Source of the DNA: Phaeosaccion multiseriatum
Lineage: Eukaryota; Protista; Ochrophyta, other classes
NCBI GenBank assembly: GCA_965112735.1
Contig: OZ218955.1
Coordinates: 434,001-498,000, forward strand
DNA: 64,000 bases
Direction: 5' to 3'
Part shown: positions 62,000 to 64,000 of the stretch, piece by piece
Position numbering within the stretch: position 1 is the first letter of the stretch
Layout of the letters: each line of letters begins with the position of its first letter
The notes under the pieces: generated by a model
What the model was told of the DNA's origin: nothing
The model's input: only the letters and a program-made list of their open reading frames with translations
The model's database searches: none
Program-made: the position numbers and the translations under genes

Positions 62000-62761
62000 C
62001 GGGAGCAGCGGGAGCGGGAGCAGCGGGAGCGGGAGCAGCGGGACCGGGAGCGGCGGGAGCGGGAACGAATGAAGCAGAGCAAGCAGGCTTTACCCCCCTC
62101 TTTCGGGACCCCCCCAATCGGTGGCAGAGGCGGTAGGAACAGCCGCAGTAATTGCAGCAGCCACAGCAGTTGGAGCAACAGTAGTGGCAGCAACAGAAGC
62201 GGCGGCAACAGTGGTTGTAGCCGGCATGCGGTCGCGACTTCCACAAGTCGTCACAAGGAAAGGATCGACAAGGGCACTGACCCGCGCCGCCACCACCACC
62301 ACCATCACCCGCAACACCACCCACACCACGAAGCCCGCCGCGACCGCCATCACCACCACCGACGCCGCCACGGAAAGCGCTCCCACCGCAGGTCCCAGCA
62401 GCGAGAGGCATGCACGCAGACAGACGAGCGTGATTTGCGCGCGTATCCCTCTCCGCTGATGCTACCTCCTGGCCTGCGCCGGGGCTATTTGGACGTCCCC
62501 GACTACGCACCATCGCCGTCATCATCCTCACCCTTAGCGTTAGCGTCGTCCCCGTATGGTCGAAGAAGTAGGCCCAGGCTGACCGCTGGGAGGGGAATGG
62601 AGGGCAGGGGGTGGAGGGAAGAGAGGCTGAGTGACATTGCCGAACGGAGCTCCTCCCCGATGATGCGTGGTGTTGGTGCTGCTGCGGTAGAGGACTTTTC
62701 TCCCTGGGGCCCACCCACGACCTCTGGGATGATGTTCTTTGGTGGGAAGAGCTTGTTCTGA
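59816..62761 (+). CDS. Hypothetical 981-aa protein, single ORF
   Basis: Long ORF with mostly low-complexity segments interspersed with hydrophobic/amphipathic blocks. No family recognised. Confidence 0.7.
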
Positions 62762-62864
62762 ACTAATGTTCTTTAAGGGCAGAAGGGGGTTCTGATTCTA
62801 AGCTGCACTGCACTGCTTGTTCTGAACTGATGTTCTTTGGGGGGGCAGAGCTTGTTCTGAACTG
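62731..62864. repeat. Degenerate ~35-bp direct repeats overlapping the stop codon of the 981-aa ORF
   Basis: gcttgttctgaact occurs at about 62750, 62815 and 62850, flanked by atgttcttt..gg(g/c)aga. Confidence 0.75.
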
Positions 62865-63759
62865 CCGTGTAGAGGATGTGTGTGTGTATACAGAGCGTAG
62901 GGGGTGCACATAGATAGAGGTGTGTCGTGGTCGGCCCCAGTAGACAGTAGTAGTGTAGGGTGCCGTCGCACTTCAACATTTGAGAACAAAATAAAAAATA
63001 AAGGAAGAAGTGTGTGTTCTTTTTTCAGTACCCAACATGGGCGAAAGCACCCGAGCCAAGGCAAGCCCGCCACACGCAAGCTCAAAATCGATCCAGAGCT
63101 ACGAAACTGAAACTTCAATACAGGAGTGTGAATGGGTATATGCATGCATGCCGGTGGGCTCGAGCCAAACAGCACTGACGGGTGGGCATCACTCGTTCGT
63201 TGGCGTCAGTCGCTGCTTCTAAGCTCGAGGCTCAGTGCCAGTACCAGTGGAAAGACACCGGGTTTCCGGTCCGGCGTACACGTCCTATCCGAGCACCATG
63301 CCGTACGCAGTGTCCAGATCACCTCTACCAACTACTTCCCATCCCATCCAAGGAGCCTGAAGAGCTGCACCGTACCACCCAATAGGGATGAGCAGCAGAT
63401 CCGCTCACCACGCAAGGCGGTTTGCGTGATGGGTGGGTGGGAGGGTGGTGACTGACTGCGTCTGACCTGCTGGTAGCTGTCGCTCTCTCGCTCTCCTCGA
63501 ATCGCTATGCACCGCAGTAAAGGCGCAGACAGGGTCGCATGAAGTCCCCCGCCAGAGAAGGATGACACGTCCCTCTCCACAAGGTCCCATACCATACCAT
63601 GCTCGGACTCACTCCTCACTCCGAGAGTGTATGCCTGTCTCCAGTGACGGAGTTGCTGCTGTCATTGTTGTGTGAGCAACAAAGAACCAGGTAGGGTAGG
63701 GTGGGGTAGGTAGTTCGTCGGCTCATCTCAATCAGCCAGGGAGTCCTCGGGAAAGTGCT

Positions 63760-64000
63760 TCAGTACACAAGCCCGCGGCTGCGGTCTCCTCCCGTGTCGC
63801 CACCATAGAGATGGTTCCAGGACTTTGGTGTACGCCAACCTGTGACCGGCCCTGGCTTCTCTCCCTCCGTCCCCTGCGCCGCTGTTTCTGTAACTGGCGG
63901 GAAGAGCCCCAAGCATTGCTTCACCGCCTCGGCCATTCCGAGCGCGTGCGGTGTGTTGTCTCCTTCGTTGCAGAAGAACAGCATAACGGTCACCGCCAGG
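63760..64000 (-). CDS. PSMG2: Proteasome assembly chaperone 2, C-terminal exon (partial)
   Basis: LFFCNEGDNTPHALGMA...WRTPKSWNHLYG matches the PAC2 C-terminal EGDNxxDA and WxxPxSWxxLFG motifs. Confidence 0.8.
   Translation of the reverse strand, partial: LAVTVMLFFCNEGDNTPHALGMAEAVKQCLGLFPPVTETAAQGTEGEKPGPVTGWRTPKSWNHLYGGDTGGDRSRGLVY

Overview
GC-rich, microsatellite-laden eukaryotic nuclear DNA with GT-AG introns, probably from a flagellated stramenopile/ochrophyte-type protist. The taxon is inferred from WRKY19-like zinc fingers, PPR proteins, RSPH4/6 and Tctex1, not proven. About 18 genes plus one kinase pseudogene can be reconstructed by hand: a WRKY19-like zinc-finger protein, dihydroorotase, two PPR proteins, coatomer epsilon, ribosomal protein S16, ATP6AP2-like, DDX55, Tctex1, an EF-hand protein, tepsin, QSOX, an AT-hook coiled-coil protein, RSPH4/6, PSMG2 (partial) and several unknowns. 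Four signals are not explained by the gene models. (1) The 11-mer GTTGGTGATAC occurs at least 16 times exactly, on both strands and in at least four reading frames, mostly inside unrelated coding exons. (2) The 10-mer CACTGCCATC occurs at least 19 times, mostly in introns, and may be a variant of the same consensus. (3) Eighteen consecutive gene units alternate strand perfectly, forming head-to-head pairs. (4) Many introns have purine-rich 5' ends complementary to pyrimidine-rich 3' ends. All exon coordinates and motif counts were made by eye and need computational confirmation.
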